Made by a program: the position numbers and the translations under genes. The notes under the pieces were generated by a model. The model searched no databases and was not told the origin of the DNA. It was given only the letters and a program-made list of their open reading frames with translations. Of a stretch of DNA of 64,000 nucleotides, positions 50,992-63,711 are shown piece after piece. The stretch's first letter is position 1; each line of letters opens with the position of its first letter. Source of the DNA: Acidimicrobiales bacterium (GTDB taxonomy: Bacteria; Actinomycetota; Acidimicrobiia; Acidimicrobiales; DATDAH01). The stretch lies in contig JAEUJM010000026.1 of assembly GCA_016794585.1 (NCBI GenBank), positions 200,153 to 264,152 on the forward strand, written 5' to 3'.

Positions 50992-52640
50992 TGGGCCCGG
51001 TCCGGACGCTGGTGGTGTGGTGCCTCGACTGGCCGGTGGTGGCGGCCGGGGTGGCCCTCGACGTGCCCGCCGCGGTGCTCCACGCCAACCGGGTGGTGGC
51101 CTGCTCGCCCGCGGCGCGGGCCGAGGGCGTGGTGGTGGGCCTGCGCCGACGGGAGGCGCAGGGGCGGTGCCCCTCGCTCGTGGTGCTCGAGCGTGACCTC
51201 GGCGCCGAGGCCCGCCGCTTCGAGCCGGTGCTGGCCGCGGTCGAGACCCTCACCCCACGGGTCGAGGTGACCACGCCCGGCACGTGCGCCTTCGCCACCC
51301 GGGGGCCGTCGCGCTACTTCGGGGGCGACGAGGCGCTCGCCCAACGGGTGGTGGGGGTGGTGGCCGACGCCCTCGCCGGCCGGGGCGAGGTGGCGGTGGG
51401 CGTGGCCGACGGGCCCTTCGCCGCCCGCCTCGCGGCGCGCCATGCCGGCGAGAGCGCCGCCAGAGGCGTCGGGACCGGCCCGCGGGTCCACGACCGGGCC
51501 CCCGCTCTCGTGGTGGCCCCGGGGGAGAGCGCCGCCTTCCTCGCCCCGCTGCCGGTGGCCACCCTCGAACGGCCCGACCTCGTCGACGTGCTCGAGCGCC
51601 TCGGCCTGCGCACCCTCGGGGCGGTGGCGGCCCTGCCCGCCGCCGACCTGGTGGCCCGCTTCGGCCTCGAGGGCCAGGGCGCCCACCGCCTGGCGGCCGG
51701 CCTCGACGAGCGCCCGCCCGATGCCCGCCGCCCGCCGCCCGACCTGGCCGTGCACGCCGAGCTCGACCCGCCCGCCGAGCGCGTCGACACCGCCGCCTTC
51801 GTGGGCAAGTCCCTCGCCGACGAGCTGCACGCCCGCCTGGCCGCCGAGGGCCTGGCCTGCACCCGCATCGCCATCGAGGTCGAGACCGAGCACCAGGAGC
51901 ACCTCGAGCGCCTCTGGCGCCACGAGGGCGCGCTGAGCGCCGCCGCCATCGCCGACCGTGTCCGCTGGCAGCTCGACGGCTGGTTGAACGGCAACGCCGC
52001 GGCGCGCCCCACCGGGGGGATCATGCGCCTGGCCCTGGTCCCCGACGAGGTGTTGCCCGCCCGGGGCCGCCAGCTCGGCTTCTGGGGCGGTGAGGCCGCC
52101 GCCGGCGAGCGGGCCCGGCGGGCCCTCGCCCGCGTCCAGGCCCTGCTGGGGGCCGAGGCGGTGGCGCTGCCCGAACCGCGAGGCGGGCGGCTGCCCGTCG
52201 AGCAGGTGTCGCTGGTCCCGGTCGAGGCCCTGGGGGAGGGGGAGCGGCCTCCCGACGAAGGCCTCGGCGCCGGTGGGGCCGCCGCGGCGCCAGGCGACGG
52301 CGCCCTCCGGGGTGCCCCCTGGCCGGGGCGGGTGCCGCCCCCGTCGCCGGCGGTGGTCCACCCCGAGCCGGTGCCCGCCGAGGTGGTCGACGCCGCCGGC
52401 ACGCCGGTCGGGGTGAGCGGCCGTGGCCTGCCCACCGCCACCCCGGCCCGGTTGTCGGTGGCGGGAGGCCCGTGGGCCCCGGTGGCGGCGTGGGCGGGGC
52501 CGTGGCCCCTCGATCAGCGCTGGTGGGACCCCGACGCCCACCGCCGCCAAGCCCGCTTCCAGGTGCTCACCGAGGCGGGGGTGGGGCACCTGCTCACCCT
52601 CGAAGGCGGTCGCTGGTGGGTCGAGGCCGTCTACGACTGA
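50991..52640 (+). CDS. imuB: ImuB (catalytically inactive Y-family polymerase-like mutasome subunit)
   Basis: N-terminus RTLVVWCLDWPVVAA and a Y-family fold layout. Located between imuA' and, further on, dnaE2. Confidence 0.85.
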   Translation: MGPVRTLVVWCLDWPVVAAGVALDVPAAVLHANRVVACSPAARAEGVVVGLRRREAQGRCPSLVVLERDLGAEARRFEPVLAAVETLTPRVEVTTPGTCAFATRGPSRYFGGDEALAQRVVGVVADALAGRGEVAVGVADGPFAARLAARHAGESAARGVGTGPRVHDRAPALVVAPGESAAFLAPLPVATLERPDLVDVLERLGLRTLGAVAALPAADLVARFGLEGQGAHRLAAGLDERPPDARRPPPDLAVHAELDPPAERVDTAAFVGKSLADELHARLAAEGLACTRIAIEVETEHQEHLERLWRHEGALSAAAIADRVRWQLDGWLNGNAAARPTGGIMRLALVPDEVLPARGRQLGFWGGEAAAGERARRALARVQALLGAEAVALPEPRGGRLPVEQVSLVPVEALGEGERPPDEGLGAGGAAAAPGDGALRGAPWPGRVPPPSPAVVHPEPVPAEVVDAAGTPVGVSGRGLPTATPARLSVAGGPWAPVAAWAGPWPLDQRWWDPDAHRRQARFQVLTEAGVGHLLTLEGGRWWVEAVYD

Positions 52641-52693
52641 GGCGTGTGCGACTGAGGCGTGTGCGACGGAGGCGTGTGCGACGGAGGCGTATG
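52634..52693. repeat. Tandem repeat, 4 x 15 bp
   Basis: CGACTGAGGCGTGTG x2, CGACGGAGGCGTGTG, CGACGGAGGCGTATG. It fills the gap between the convergent stop codons of imuB (52640) and the methyltransferase gene (52696). Confidence 0.9.
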
Positions 52694-52695
52694 CC

Positions 52696-54060
52696 TCAGG
52701 AGGAGGTGATGCAGAACAGGACGCGAACGGCCTGGATGGCGCCCGCGTCGTCGCGCCGAGCGACGTTGGCCTGGACCACGCGGGTCTCGCCGAAGGTCAG
52801 GGCCTGCACGATGAGGTCCTCGTCCGCCTCGAGGACCGTGGCGTCGACGAGCGGGCCGAGCGCTCCAGCGATGTGCTCCTGGGTCTCGCGGGGCGATGCA
52901 CCCAGCAGGGAGGCCCCGGGGAGGCCCACCGCCTCGGCGGCCCCCTCACTGGCCTCGCAGATCCGCTCGTCGAGATCGACCACGAACCAGTGGGGCTCGA
53001 TTCCCGGCGCGTGGCCGGCCAGCACGGCATGGCCCCGCTCGTCGTCGGTCGGTCCGAGGTGCACCAAGGGCAGTCCGAGCAGCTCTGGCGCCGCGGGCGG
53101 CGAGGGCGGTGGCGCTGGGGGGTCGAACCGGAGGACCCGGGGTTGCCCCCAGGGTCCCGACGGCCTCGGGGACGGCTGCTTGCGGAGGACGATCGCGGTC
53201 TGCGTGTCGTAGCCCCTCTCGACCACGGCGCACACCTCGGCGTAGGAGGACCACATCTCGATGAGCGACTCGCGGTCGTGCAGCACCATGGCCTCGGGGT
53301 GCCCCCGCCCGAGGACGATCATCGCGGAGTCGGTGCCCAACCCCCCGAGGTCCACGGTGGAGGAGGCGAGGAACTCGCTCAGCCAGTCCTCGCCCGGCCG
53401 TTCGAGCGTCGCCTGCAACCAGGCCTGATCCTGGATCGTGAGGTAGAGCAACCCACCCGGCTCGGTCACCCGGAGCAGCTCGAGCACCCACCCGTCGGCG
53501 AGATCGGGGATGTGGGTGAACACGGAGCCGGCGACGACGAGGTCGAAGGTGCTGTCCGGGAAGGGCAGGTGGGGAAACGTGGAACAGGTCGAGAAGCGCA
53601 ACGGCGGCGACAGGTTGCGGCGGGCCCATTCGATGCGGGCGGCGTGGATGTCGACGCCCCACATCTCCCGCTCCGCCCCCGGCACCCGCTGGTGCAGTCC
53701 GAGGAGGAGTCGGCCCGTGCCACAGCCGAAGTCCAACACGTTGCCGAGGTCGGCCAGGGTGACGTCCAGCTCGTCCAGCGCGTCGACGATGGAGCGGACG
53801 TTGCGCTCGACTCCCGCCTCGTAGTCCTCGTTCACGGACCACAGCGACGCGGGCGGGATGCGCTCGTGGAGGGGAACCGATCGGTCGACGGGTTCGATGG
53901 GTACCAGCAGGTCGTGATCGACGGGCTCGAGCGGGAGGTACGTCGCCAAGGCCGCCGGGTGGTTGAGCAGCGACGCCATGATGACCGGGTCCTGGAGCAC
54001 GGTCTGGCGGGTCTCGGCGCGGACGAAACGTCGGGCTCGTTGCTTGATGCGGCGAAGCAC
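52696..54060 (-). CDS. Class I SAM-dependent methyltransferase with a C-terminal PAS-like domain
   Basis: SAM motif I VLDFGCGTGRL, post-I/II region (FDLVVAGSVFTHI), Pro-rich linker. The C-terminal ~110 aa have a PAS-like pattern (tentative). Confidence 0.7.
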   Translation of the reverse strand: MLRRIKQRARRFVRAETRQTVLQDPVIMASLLNHPAALATYLPLEPVDHDLLVPIEPVDRSVPLHERIPPASLWSVNEDYEAGVERNVRSIVDALDELDVTLADLGNVLDFGCGTGRLLLGLHQRVPGAEREMWGVDIHAARIEWARRNLSPPLRFSTCSTFPHLPFPDSTFDLVVAGSVFTHIPDLADGWVLELLRVTEPGGLLYLTIQDQAWLQATLERPGEDWLSEFLASSTVDLGGLGTDSAMIVLGRGHPEAMVLHDRESLIEMWSSYAEVCAVVERGYDTQTAIVLRKQPSPRPSGPWGQPRVLRFDPPAPPPSPPAAPELLGLPLVHLGPTDDERGHAVLAGHAPGIEPHWFVVDLDERICEASEGAAEAVGLPGASLLGASPRETQEHIAGALGPLVDATVLEADEDLIVQALTFGETRVVQANVARRDDAGAIQAVRVLFCITSS

Positions 54061-54110
54061 GCCGGGACGCTATCGGGTCGACGGACCGGGACCGTCGTCG
54101 TCTCCGGTGC

Positions 54111-55841
54111 TCAGACGCCGGGGGAGTCGAGCGCCTCTCGGAGCTGAGGGCCCAGGGTCTCGTACATCGCGGCGGCGATGACCGCGGCGGCGCGCTCATT
54201 GTGGTGGACCCAGTCGAACATCAGCGTGCCGTCGACCCCGTCGAGGCTGCTCCCGAGGTCGATCACCCGCTCGTCGAGCTGCCCACGGGCTTCCTCCCAC
54301 CGGGGTCGCTCCCACTCGAGGTCGTCCTGGGTCATGCGGGTCACCTCGAGCACCCGGGGGTCCGCCGGGCCAGCCATCGTGTAGATGCTGGGTTGGTAGT
54401 AGGTCGCCATCGGGATCCCGTAAGCCGAGGCGATGCGATGCGACAGCTCGACGCCCTGGTTGTAGATGCGGGCGGCGGTGGCCGGGTCGCCCACCGGGAC
54501 CGTGTTGCCCTCCGTGCCCACCGCGAAGCTCAGGGCCGCGTCGTTCTCGGCCAGCAGGGTCCCGATCTGCGTCCCGAACATGTGCGACGGGCGGATGGGC
54601 GCGTCGGCGCCCAGGTACAGCGACAGGTCGTTCATGCCGTCGTAGAAGACGATCAGGTCGGGCGGCGGGCGCTCGGTGAGCAGTTGGCCGAGCAGCACGG
54701 TCTGCTGCCAGTTCGTGTAGGCCACCGTGCCGAAGTTGGTGATCTCGACCGGGACCCCGTCCTGCTCGGCCAGGCGGACCACTTCGGACGCGATGGTGTG
54801 ATCGTCCCGCTGGTTGTAGCCGAAGGCCGCCGACCCGCCGAAGAACCACACCTGCACGGGATCGAGCCCGGTGGGCGTCGTCGGTCGATAGCTCCGCCGG
54901 GCGCCCTCCTCGACGTTCAGGTAGCGGGAGTGCACCTCGTCGGCGTTGCGCCACGTGAGCGAGGCGTCGTACTGGGGTGCGGTCTGGTACTCCCCTTGCG
55001 CCAGCTCGGCCGACCACGGCTCGACCTCGAAGTACTGCCAGGCCGGCAGGGTGGGGGCGAGGGCCGTGGCGCCCTCGTCCGCGCCGTCGGCTCCATCCGC
55101 GCCGATCACGGGGGCCGGGGAGTCCCGGGTCAGGGTGACGAAGACCTCGTAGGCGCCGAACGCCGCGGCCACGGCCAGCACGCAGCACGCGACGCCGGCG
55201 AGGGCGCCGTGGGCGGTGGTGCGCAGCCGCCGGCCTTCCTCCCGCTCGTCGGCGTAGAGCCGTTCGGGGAACTCCCGCCGACGCCGGCGGGTGCGAGGGT
55301 CCCAGCGACCTCGCCTGCGGGGCGACGGGCCGAGGGGGTCCCAGCGCAGCACTCGCAGCACGAGCCAGACCGGGGTGACCACGAGGAGGGTGAAGGGGAC
55401 GAAGAACACCCAGGTGAGGGCGATGCCGACGCCGTGGCTGATCGCGTGGAGCACCCGCGCCGCGCCCCGGTCGAAGGTGGGGCTGAGGCGCCGGGCAACG
55501 GTGACGGCTACGACGACCACGAGCAGCAGCGCGGCGAGGGTGCGGTGGCCACGCCACACGAGGAAGGCGACCACGGCGACGCCGACGGCCAAGCCGATGA
55601 GGGGCGAGGCCGAGGGGGTCGCGGGAGCCTGCGGCGCTTCCACCTCCTGCCACCCGGGCACGGGAGGGCCGGCGGGCGCCGTGTCGGTGGGCTCGTCGGC
55701 CTGTACGCGCTGCCCCCCGCCGCTCACGGCGGAGAGCGTAGACGCCGTCCCCCACGCGCGACCGGCGGCGGCGCGAGACTGGCGCATGGCCGGTGGGGGT
55801 GGCGAGGAGACCGACGGGCCCGACGCCCGACGTCGGCGCAC
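54111..55841 (-). CDS. Membrane protein with a C-terminal SGNH/GDSL-like hydrolase domain
   Basis: Four or five hydrophobic helices, then VWFFGGSAAFGY (block I-like), YDGMNDL (block III-like), DWVHHN (block V DxxH). Start uncertain: 55841 and 55787 would overlap the divergent gene, so GTG 55727 is more plausible. Confidence 0.65.
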   Translation of the reverse strand: MRRRRASGPSVSSPPPPAMRQSRAAAGRAWGTASTLSAVSGGGQRVQADEPTDTAPAGPPVPGWQEVEAPQAPATPSASPLIGLAVGVAVVAFLVWRGHRTLAALLLVVVVAVTVARRLSPTFDRGAARVLHAISHGVGIALTWVFFVPFTLLVVTPVWLVLRVLRWDPLGPSPRRRGRWDPRTRRRRREFPERLYADEREEGRRLRTTAHGALAGVACCVLAVAAAFGAYEVFVTLTRDSPAPVIGADGADGADEGATALAPTLPAWQYFEVEPWSAELAQGEYQTAPQYDASLTWRNADEVHSRYLNVEEGARRSYRPTTPTGLDPVQVWFFGGSAAFGYNQRDDHTIASEVVRLAEQDGVPVEITNFGTVAYTNWQQTVLLGQLLTERPPPDLIVFYDGMNDLSLYLGADAPIRPSHMFGTQIGTLLAENDAALSFAVGTEGNTVPVGDPATAARIYNQGVELSHRIASAYGIPMATYYQPSIYTMAGPADPRVLEVTRMTQDDLEWERPRWEEARGQLDERVIDLGSSLDGVDGTLMFDWVHHNERAAAVIAAAMYETLGPQLREALDSPGV

Positions 55842-56964
55842 CGAGCGCTGGTTCGTCCATCAGGGGCTGCCGCACTTCATCGAGGACTACAGCGTCACCG
55901 GCGACGTGCTCACCCGGGCGCTGCCCTTCCTCACCCTCGTGTTCGTACTCGAGGCCTTCAACACCTTCAGCGACGAGCGCGAGGGCTGGGCCGAGGTCGC
56001 TCCGTTCTTCGTGGGCCTCGCCGTGCTCCTGGGGGCGCTGGTCCTGGTCAACCGCCTGCGGGGGCGACGACCGTTGCAGCGCCCCGACCGGGTCGGCGGG
56101 GTGGAGATCGCGGTGTTCCTGCTCGTGCCCCCGCTGCTGCCCGCCATCCTCCACGACGACCGGCTGGTCGACTCCCTCGGGATCGTGGCGTTCAACCTGG
56201 TGGTGCTGCTCGTGGCCTACATCGTCACCAGCTACGGGTTGTTGCCCATGACCCGGTGGGGCATCCGCCAGCTCCTCGGGCAGTTCGGCGACCTGGCCAA
56301 CCTCGTCACCCGCTCGCTGCCCCTGCTGTTGATCTTCACGGCGCTGATGTTCATGACCGCGGAGATCTGGCAGCTCTGCTCCGGGCTCGGCGGGCCCTTC
56401 TTCTTGATCGCGGTGCTCTTCCCCTTCCTCGCCGGCACCCTCTTCCTGCTGCTGCGGGTGCCCGACGAGCTCGACGCCGTGGCCCGCTTCGCGGACTGGC
56501 CGACGGTGCAGCAGGTCGCCGAGGGCACCCCGGTCGAGGGCCTGGACACGACGGGGCTCGACGATCCTCCGACGACCCCACCCCTCGGGCGCCGCGCCTG
56601 GGTGAACGTCGGGCTCGTGCTGGTGGTGAGCCAGAGCGTGCAGATCGTGCTGGTCGCACTGGTCGTGGGCCTGGCCTACGTCGCCTTCGGCCTGTTCGCG
56701 ATGAGCGAGCGGGTCACCGAGGAGTGGACGGTGACCGACGTGAACGTGATCGCCAGCTTCGAGCTCTTCGGCAACGAGGCGGTGCTCACCGACAGCTTGT
56801 TGAAGGTCGCCGCCTTCGTGGCCGCGTTCGCCGGCCTGCAGTTCACCCTCTCGGCGTTGACCGACACGACCTACCGCCAGGAGTTCTTCGAGCGGGCGGT
56901 TCGGGGCGTGCGCCAGGCCCTGGCCGTGCGGGCGCTCTACCTGGCCCGCCTGCTCGAGCCCTGA
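55786..56964 (+). CDS. Hypothetical polytopic integral membrane protein
   Basis: 392 aa from ATG 55786, about 8 hydrophobic helices. No motif recognised. Confidence 0.6.
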   Translation: MAGGGGEETDGPDARRRRTERWFVHQGLPHFIEDYSVTGDVLTRALPFLTLVFVLEAFNTFSDEREGWAEVAPFFVGLAVLLGALVLVNRLRGRRPLQRPDRVGGVEIAVFLLVPPLLPAILHDDRLVDSLGIVAFNLVVLLVAYIVTSYGLLPMTRWGIRQLLGQFGDLANLVTRSLPLLLIFTALMFMTAEIWQLCSGLGGPFFLIAVLFPFLAGTLFLLLRVPDELDAVARFADWPTVQQVAEGTPVEGLDTTGLDDPPTTPPLGRRAWVNVGLVLVVSQSVQIVLVALVVGLAYVAFGLFAMSERVTEEWTVTDVNVIASFELFGNEAVLTDSLLKVAAFVAAFAGLQFTLSALTDTTYRQEFFERAVRGVRQALAVRALYLARLLEP

Positions 56965-56982
56965 GCCGTCCGCACTCCCCGG

Positions 56983-58704
56983 TCAGGGAGCGCCCGTCTC
57001 GGCCGTCCAGAGGGTGACCTCCCGGCCGTCGGGCAGCGCCACGCGCCCCACGGGACGGAAGCCGGCGGCACGAGCGGCCTGGGTGGTGACCTCCTCGGGC
57101 AGGGTGGTGTTGTCCCACGAGAGGCCCCCGGGCCCGGTCACCACCTGGTCGATCCCGGCCGCTCGGAGCTCCCGGAGACGCGCCGTGAGGGCGTCGGGGT
57201 CGGTCAAGACGGGGATCTCGGCGAGGTCGAGCGAGCGCGCCCCGAAGAGGTCAGCGCTCGACACCTGGCTGGCCAACGACACGATCGAGGAGTTGAACAG
57301 GGGGCCCTCGACGGTGACGAGGACCTCCGGGTCGGGATCGTCGGGCGGCTGGTGGGCCTCGGTGAGGTCATGGAGCTCGGCGCCGGCCGCGAGCCAGCCG
57401 TCGTCACGCCCGTCGTTGGTGCGGTCCGTGTGGTCCTCGATGTAGCGATCGATGATGGAGCGGCCGTCGGAGACCCGCAGCCGGGCCCACGGCGCCGCGG
57501 TGAGGGCCACCTCGTGGTCGAAGGCCGAGGTGACCTGGGACTTCATGGCCACGTTGAACAGGCAGAGACAGGCCACGAGCACGGCGAAGGTGCCGGCGAC
57601 CGCCCGCGGACGGGCCTTGGTGGTGGCGGCGAGGGCGAGGACGGTGGTGGGGGCGAGGAGGGGGAGCACGAAGCCGGTGCCGGTGTTGCGCGAGCTGAGC
57701 AACGCCGCGAAGCCCGTCCCGAACGCCACGAGGAGGGGCAGGGCATCGGACCGGGCCACCCGTCGGGCGAGGTCCCGGGCCGGGGTCGTGCACACGAGGG
57801 TCACGAGGCCGACCACGGTGCCGACGCCGAGCAGGAGGGCGATGGGGACGTAGAAGCCGTCCGACACCAGGGACACGAGGTCCGACAACCAGAACCGCAG
57901 CGAGTCCACGGAGGCGGGGCCGTAGCTCGTGCTCTCGTCGCCGTACCCGTAGCCCGTCAGGTAGTCCAGGACCTCGCGGGCGCTGAAGAAGTACCAGCTG
58001 GCGGCGATCGCCCCACCGATGGCGAGGGCGAGGAGCAGGTTGATCCCAGCGGCGCGTCGCCGGGTGGGGCCGCTCTGCCACGCCAGGAGGACGGCCGCGG
58101 CGAGGAGCGCGGGGACGTAGGCGAGCATGAAGGTGCGTGACAGCACGACCAGCCCCAGGCAGGCGCCGAAGCCCATCGCCCATCCGCGGTGGGCGAAGCG
58201 CTCGGAGCGCAGGAGGGCGACGAGGGCGGCGGTGAAGGTGGCCGCGCTGGCGACGGCGAAGTGGTAGTGGCGGGTGTAGTCGGTGACCGCCGGCAGGGTG
58301 GCCACCACGAGCGCGGCCAGGACCGACCACCACGGAGGCAGGAGCCGTCGGGCGAGGAGGAAGGCGCCCACGACGAGGGCCGCGAAGAAGACCAGGTTGG
58401 TGAGGTGCCCCACCTCGACCGAGCGTCCGAACAGGTACTGGAAGGGGGCGGTGACGAGGGGGACGAGCGGGGCCAGATAGCCGGAGTCACGCCAGAGCAG
58501 GAAGGGTCCGGTGAGGATGCGGTGGTTCGCGCTGCTGGTCGAGAAGGCCAGGGTGAGGTACGCGGCCTCGTCGATGTCGAGGGGACCGCCTCGGCGCTCG
58601 CGGTGCAGCCAAACGGCGTGGAGCGCGCCCAGGACGACCACGATGGCGGCCACGGCGAGCCTCGGCCCGAGCGATCGCTGGGCGGGCACAGGGGCGTCGT
58701 CCAC
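56983..58704 (-). CDS. GT-C fold glycosyltransferase (GT39/ArnT/PMT_2-like)
   Basis: 573 aa. About 11 TM helices, with an early loop DIDEAAY (DxD/E-like). The soluble C-terminal domain is typical of polyprenyl-phosphate-sugar-dependent transferases. Confidence 0.7.
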   Translation of the reverse strand: MDDAPVPAQRSLGPRLAVAAIVVVLGALHAVWLHRERRGGPLDIDEAAYLTLAFSTSSANHRILTGPFLLWRDSGYLAPLVPLVTAPFQYLFGRSVEVGHLTNLVFFAALVVGAFLLARRLLPPWWSVLAALVVATLPAVTDYTRHYHFAVASAATFTAALVALLRSERFAHRGWAMGFGACLGLVVLSRTFMLAYVPALLAAAVLLAWQSGPTRRRAAGINLLLALAIGGAIAASWYFFSAREVLDYLTGYGYGDESTSYGPASVDSLRFWLSDLVSLVSDGFYVPIALLLGVGTVVGLVTLVCTTPARDLARRVARSDALPLLVAFGTGFAALLSSRNTGTGFVLPLLAPTTVLALAATTKARPRAVAGTFAVLVACLCLFNVAMKSQVTSAFDHEVALTAAPWARLRVSDGRSIIDRYIEDHTDRTNDGRDDGWLAAGAELHDLTEAHQPPDDPDPEVLVTVEGPLFNSSIVSLASQVSSADLFGARSLDLAEIPVLTDPDALTARLRELRAAGIDQVVTGPGGLSWDNTTLPEEVTTQAARAAGFRPVGRVALPDGREVTLWTAETGAP

Positions 58705-58758
58705 GGAGGGAACGTACTGCCGGGCCGGTGGTATCCGGCAAGCGGGTCCGGGACACTA

Positions 58759-58774
58759 GCGAACATACGTTCGA
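58759..58774. promoter_or_regulatory. LexA (SOS) box upstream of dnaE2, one mismatch to consensus
   Basis: GCGAAC-ATAC-GTTCGA (extended CTAGCGAAC-ATAC-GTTCGATAG), immediately followed by the -10-like TAGTGT (58775..58780). Confidence 0.8.
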
Positions 58775-58803
58775 TAGTGTGGGACCATGACCCACCGAGA
58801 GGC

Positions 58804-58957
58804 TGCGGAGCGGAGCGGAGCAGCGGCGAGTGCCTGCGTCGGATCCCGAAGGGGCGCCGACGGAGGAGGCGCAGGCCAGCATGCGCAGTGGAGCGGAGCA
58901 GCTGCACCTGCCCGCGTCGGATCCCGAAGGGGCGCCGACGGAGGAGGCGCGAAGTAG
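58804..58957 (+). repeat. Tandem pair (about 58804..58884 and 58885..58957) of the ~75-nt GGAGC/GAA-hairpin repeat family, forming the dnaE2 leader
   Basis: C1: TGCGGAGCGGAGCGGAGCAGCGGCGAGTGCCTGCGTCGGATCCCGAAGGGGCGCCGACGGAGGAGGCGCAGGCCAGC. C2: GCAGTGGAGCGGAGCAGCTGCACCTGCCCGCGTCGGATCCCGAAGGGGCGCCGACGGAGGAGGCGCGAAGTAG, then ATG. Confidence 0.9.
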
Positions 58958-62431
<3,474 letters not shown>

Positions 62432-62561
62432 CGGGAGGACCCATCGAGACAGCGGCTGGTCCGGGCGAGCCGGGGCGGCAACATCGAGCCGCCCGCCGCC
62501 CCGTCGGCACGCAGAGCCCGATCGGTCGCGCGCCCCTGCCGCGGTGCGCAAAGCTGTCCCC

Positions 62562-63635
62562 ATGGGGGAGACCACGGCGAAGGGCACGGAACCCGTTCCG
62601 CGCCGCGACGGGACCATCACGCTGGCCGACGGGAGGCGCCTCGGGTACGCCGAGTACGGCACCGAGGGGGGCGACGCCGTCCTCTGGTTCCACGGGACGC
62701 CCGGCGCCCGCCACCAGATCTCGCCCGAGGTCAACGCCATCGCCGACGCCCGCGGCGTGCGGGTCATCACCGTCGAGCGCCCGGGCGTGGGGGACTCGAC
62801 CCCGCACCTGCACGGGCGCATCCTCGACTGGGCGGGCGACATCGACCAGCTCACCGCGCAGCTCGAGGTCGACCGCTTCGCCATCGCCGGCCTCTCGGGC
62901 GGTGGCCCCTACGTGCTGGCCTGCGCCCACGCCTTCCCGGACCGGGTGGTGGCCGGCGCCGTGCTCGGAGGCGTGGCGCCCACGCAGGGCGAGGACGCCG
63001 CCGAAGGAGGCCTGGTGGCGCTGGCCAACCGCTTCCGTCTGCCCCTCGAGTGGCTGCGCCAGCCCCTCGGCTACACGCTGTGGGGAGCGGTGAACCTGCT
63101 GATGCCCTTCCAGGAGCAGGCCGTCGGCGCTTACCTGCACTTTCAACCCCCGGGCGACCAGGAGGTCTTCAAGCGGCCGGGCATGAAAGAGATGTTCCTG
63201 AAAGACATCGCCACCGGCTCCCGCAAGCACTTCCACGCAGTCATCTACGACGTGGTGCTCTTCACCCGGGACTGGGGCTTCTCGCCCCGCGAGGTCCGGG
63301 TGCCCATCCGCTTCTGGCACGGCGACGAGGACCACATCGTCCCCCTCGTCCACGGCCACCACGTGGCCTCGCTGATGCCCGACGCCGAAGTCTTCGAGCG
63401 CCCCGGCGAGAGCCACCTCGGCGCGCTGGCCGTCCTCGACGAGGTGCTCGACGTGCTGCTCGGCCTCTGGCCCGACCGCACCAACGCCCCGGCGAGGGTG
63501 GCGGCGAGGAAGGCCGCCACCAAGAAGGCGCCGGCCAAGAAGAAGGCCACGGCCAAGAAGGCCGTGCCCAAGAAGGTGCCGGCGAAGAAGGCGGCGGCGA
63601 AGAAGGCGGCGGCGAAGAAGGCCACGGCGAAGTAG
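62562..63635 (+). CDS. Alpha/beta-hydrolase with a Lys/Ala-rich (AKKA-repeat, histone-H1/HupB-tail-like) C-terminus
   Basis: Nucleophile elbow GLSGGG, VLWFHGTPG. Tail KAATKKAPAKKKATAKKAVPKKVPAKKAAAKKAAAKKATAK. Confidence 0.8.
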   Translation: MGETTAKGTEPVPRRDGTITLADGRRLGYAEYGTEGGDAVLWFHGTPGARHQISPEVNAIADARGVRVITVERPGVGDSTPHLHGRILDWAGDIDQLTAQLEVDRFAIAGLSGGGPYVLACAHAFPDRVVAGAVLGGVAPTQGEDAAEGGLVALANRFRLPLEWLRQPLGYTLWGAVNLLMPFQEQAVGAYLHFQPPGDQEVFKRPGMKEMFLKDIATGSRKHFHAVIYDVVLFTRDWGFSPREVRVPIRFWHGDEDHIVPLVHGHHVASLMPDAEVFERPGESHLGALAVLDEVLDVLLGLWPDRTNAPARVAARKAATKKAPAKKKATAKKAVPKKVPAKKAAAKKAAAKKATAK

Positions 63636-63711
63636 GCCACGGCGGAGAAGGCGGCGGCGGAGAAGGCGGCGGCGAGGCGGGCGGCCGGCTAGCGCGGCCG
63701 CCGCCGGCGGC

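Noticed and set aside
62473-62494. Hairpin GGGCGGC-aacatcga-GCCGCCC after dnaE2, considered as a terminator.
   Set aside because: The stem is only 7 bp with an 8-nt loop and no U-tract. It is not distinguishable from background GC-rich self-complementarity.
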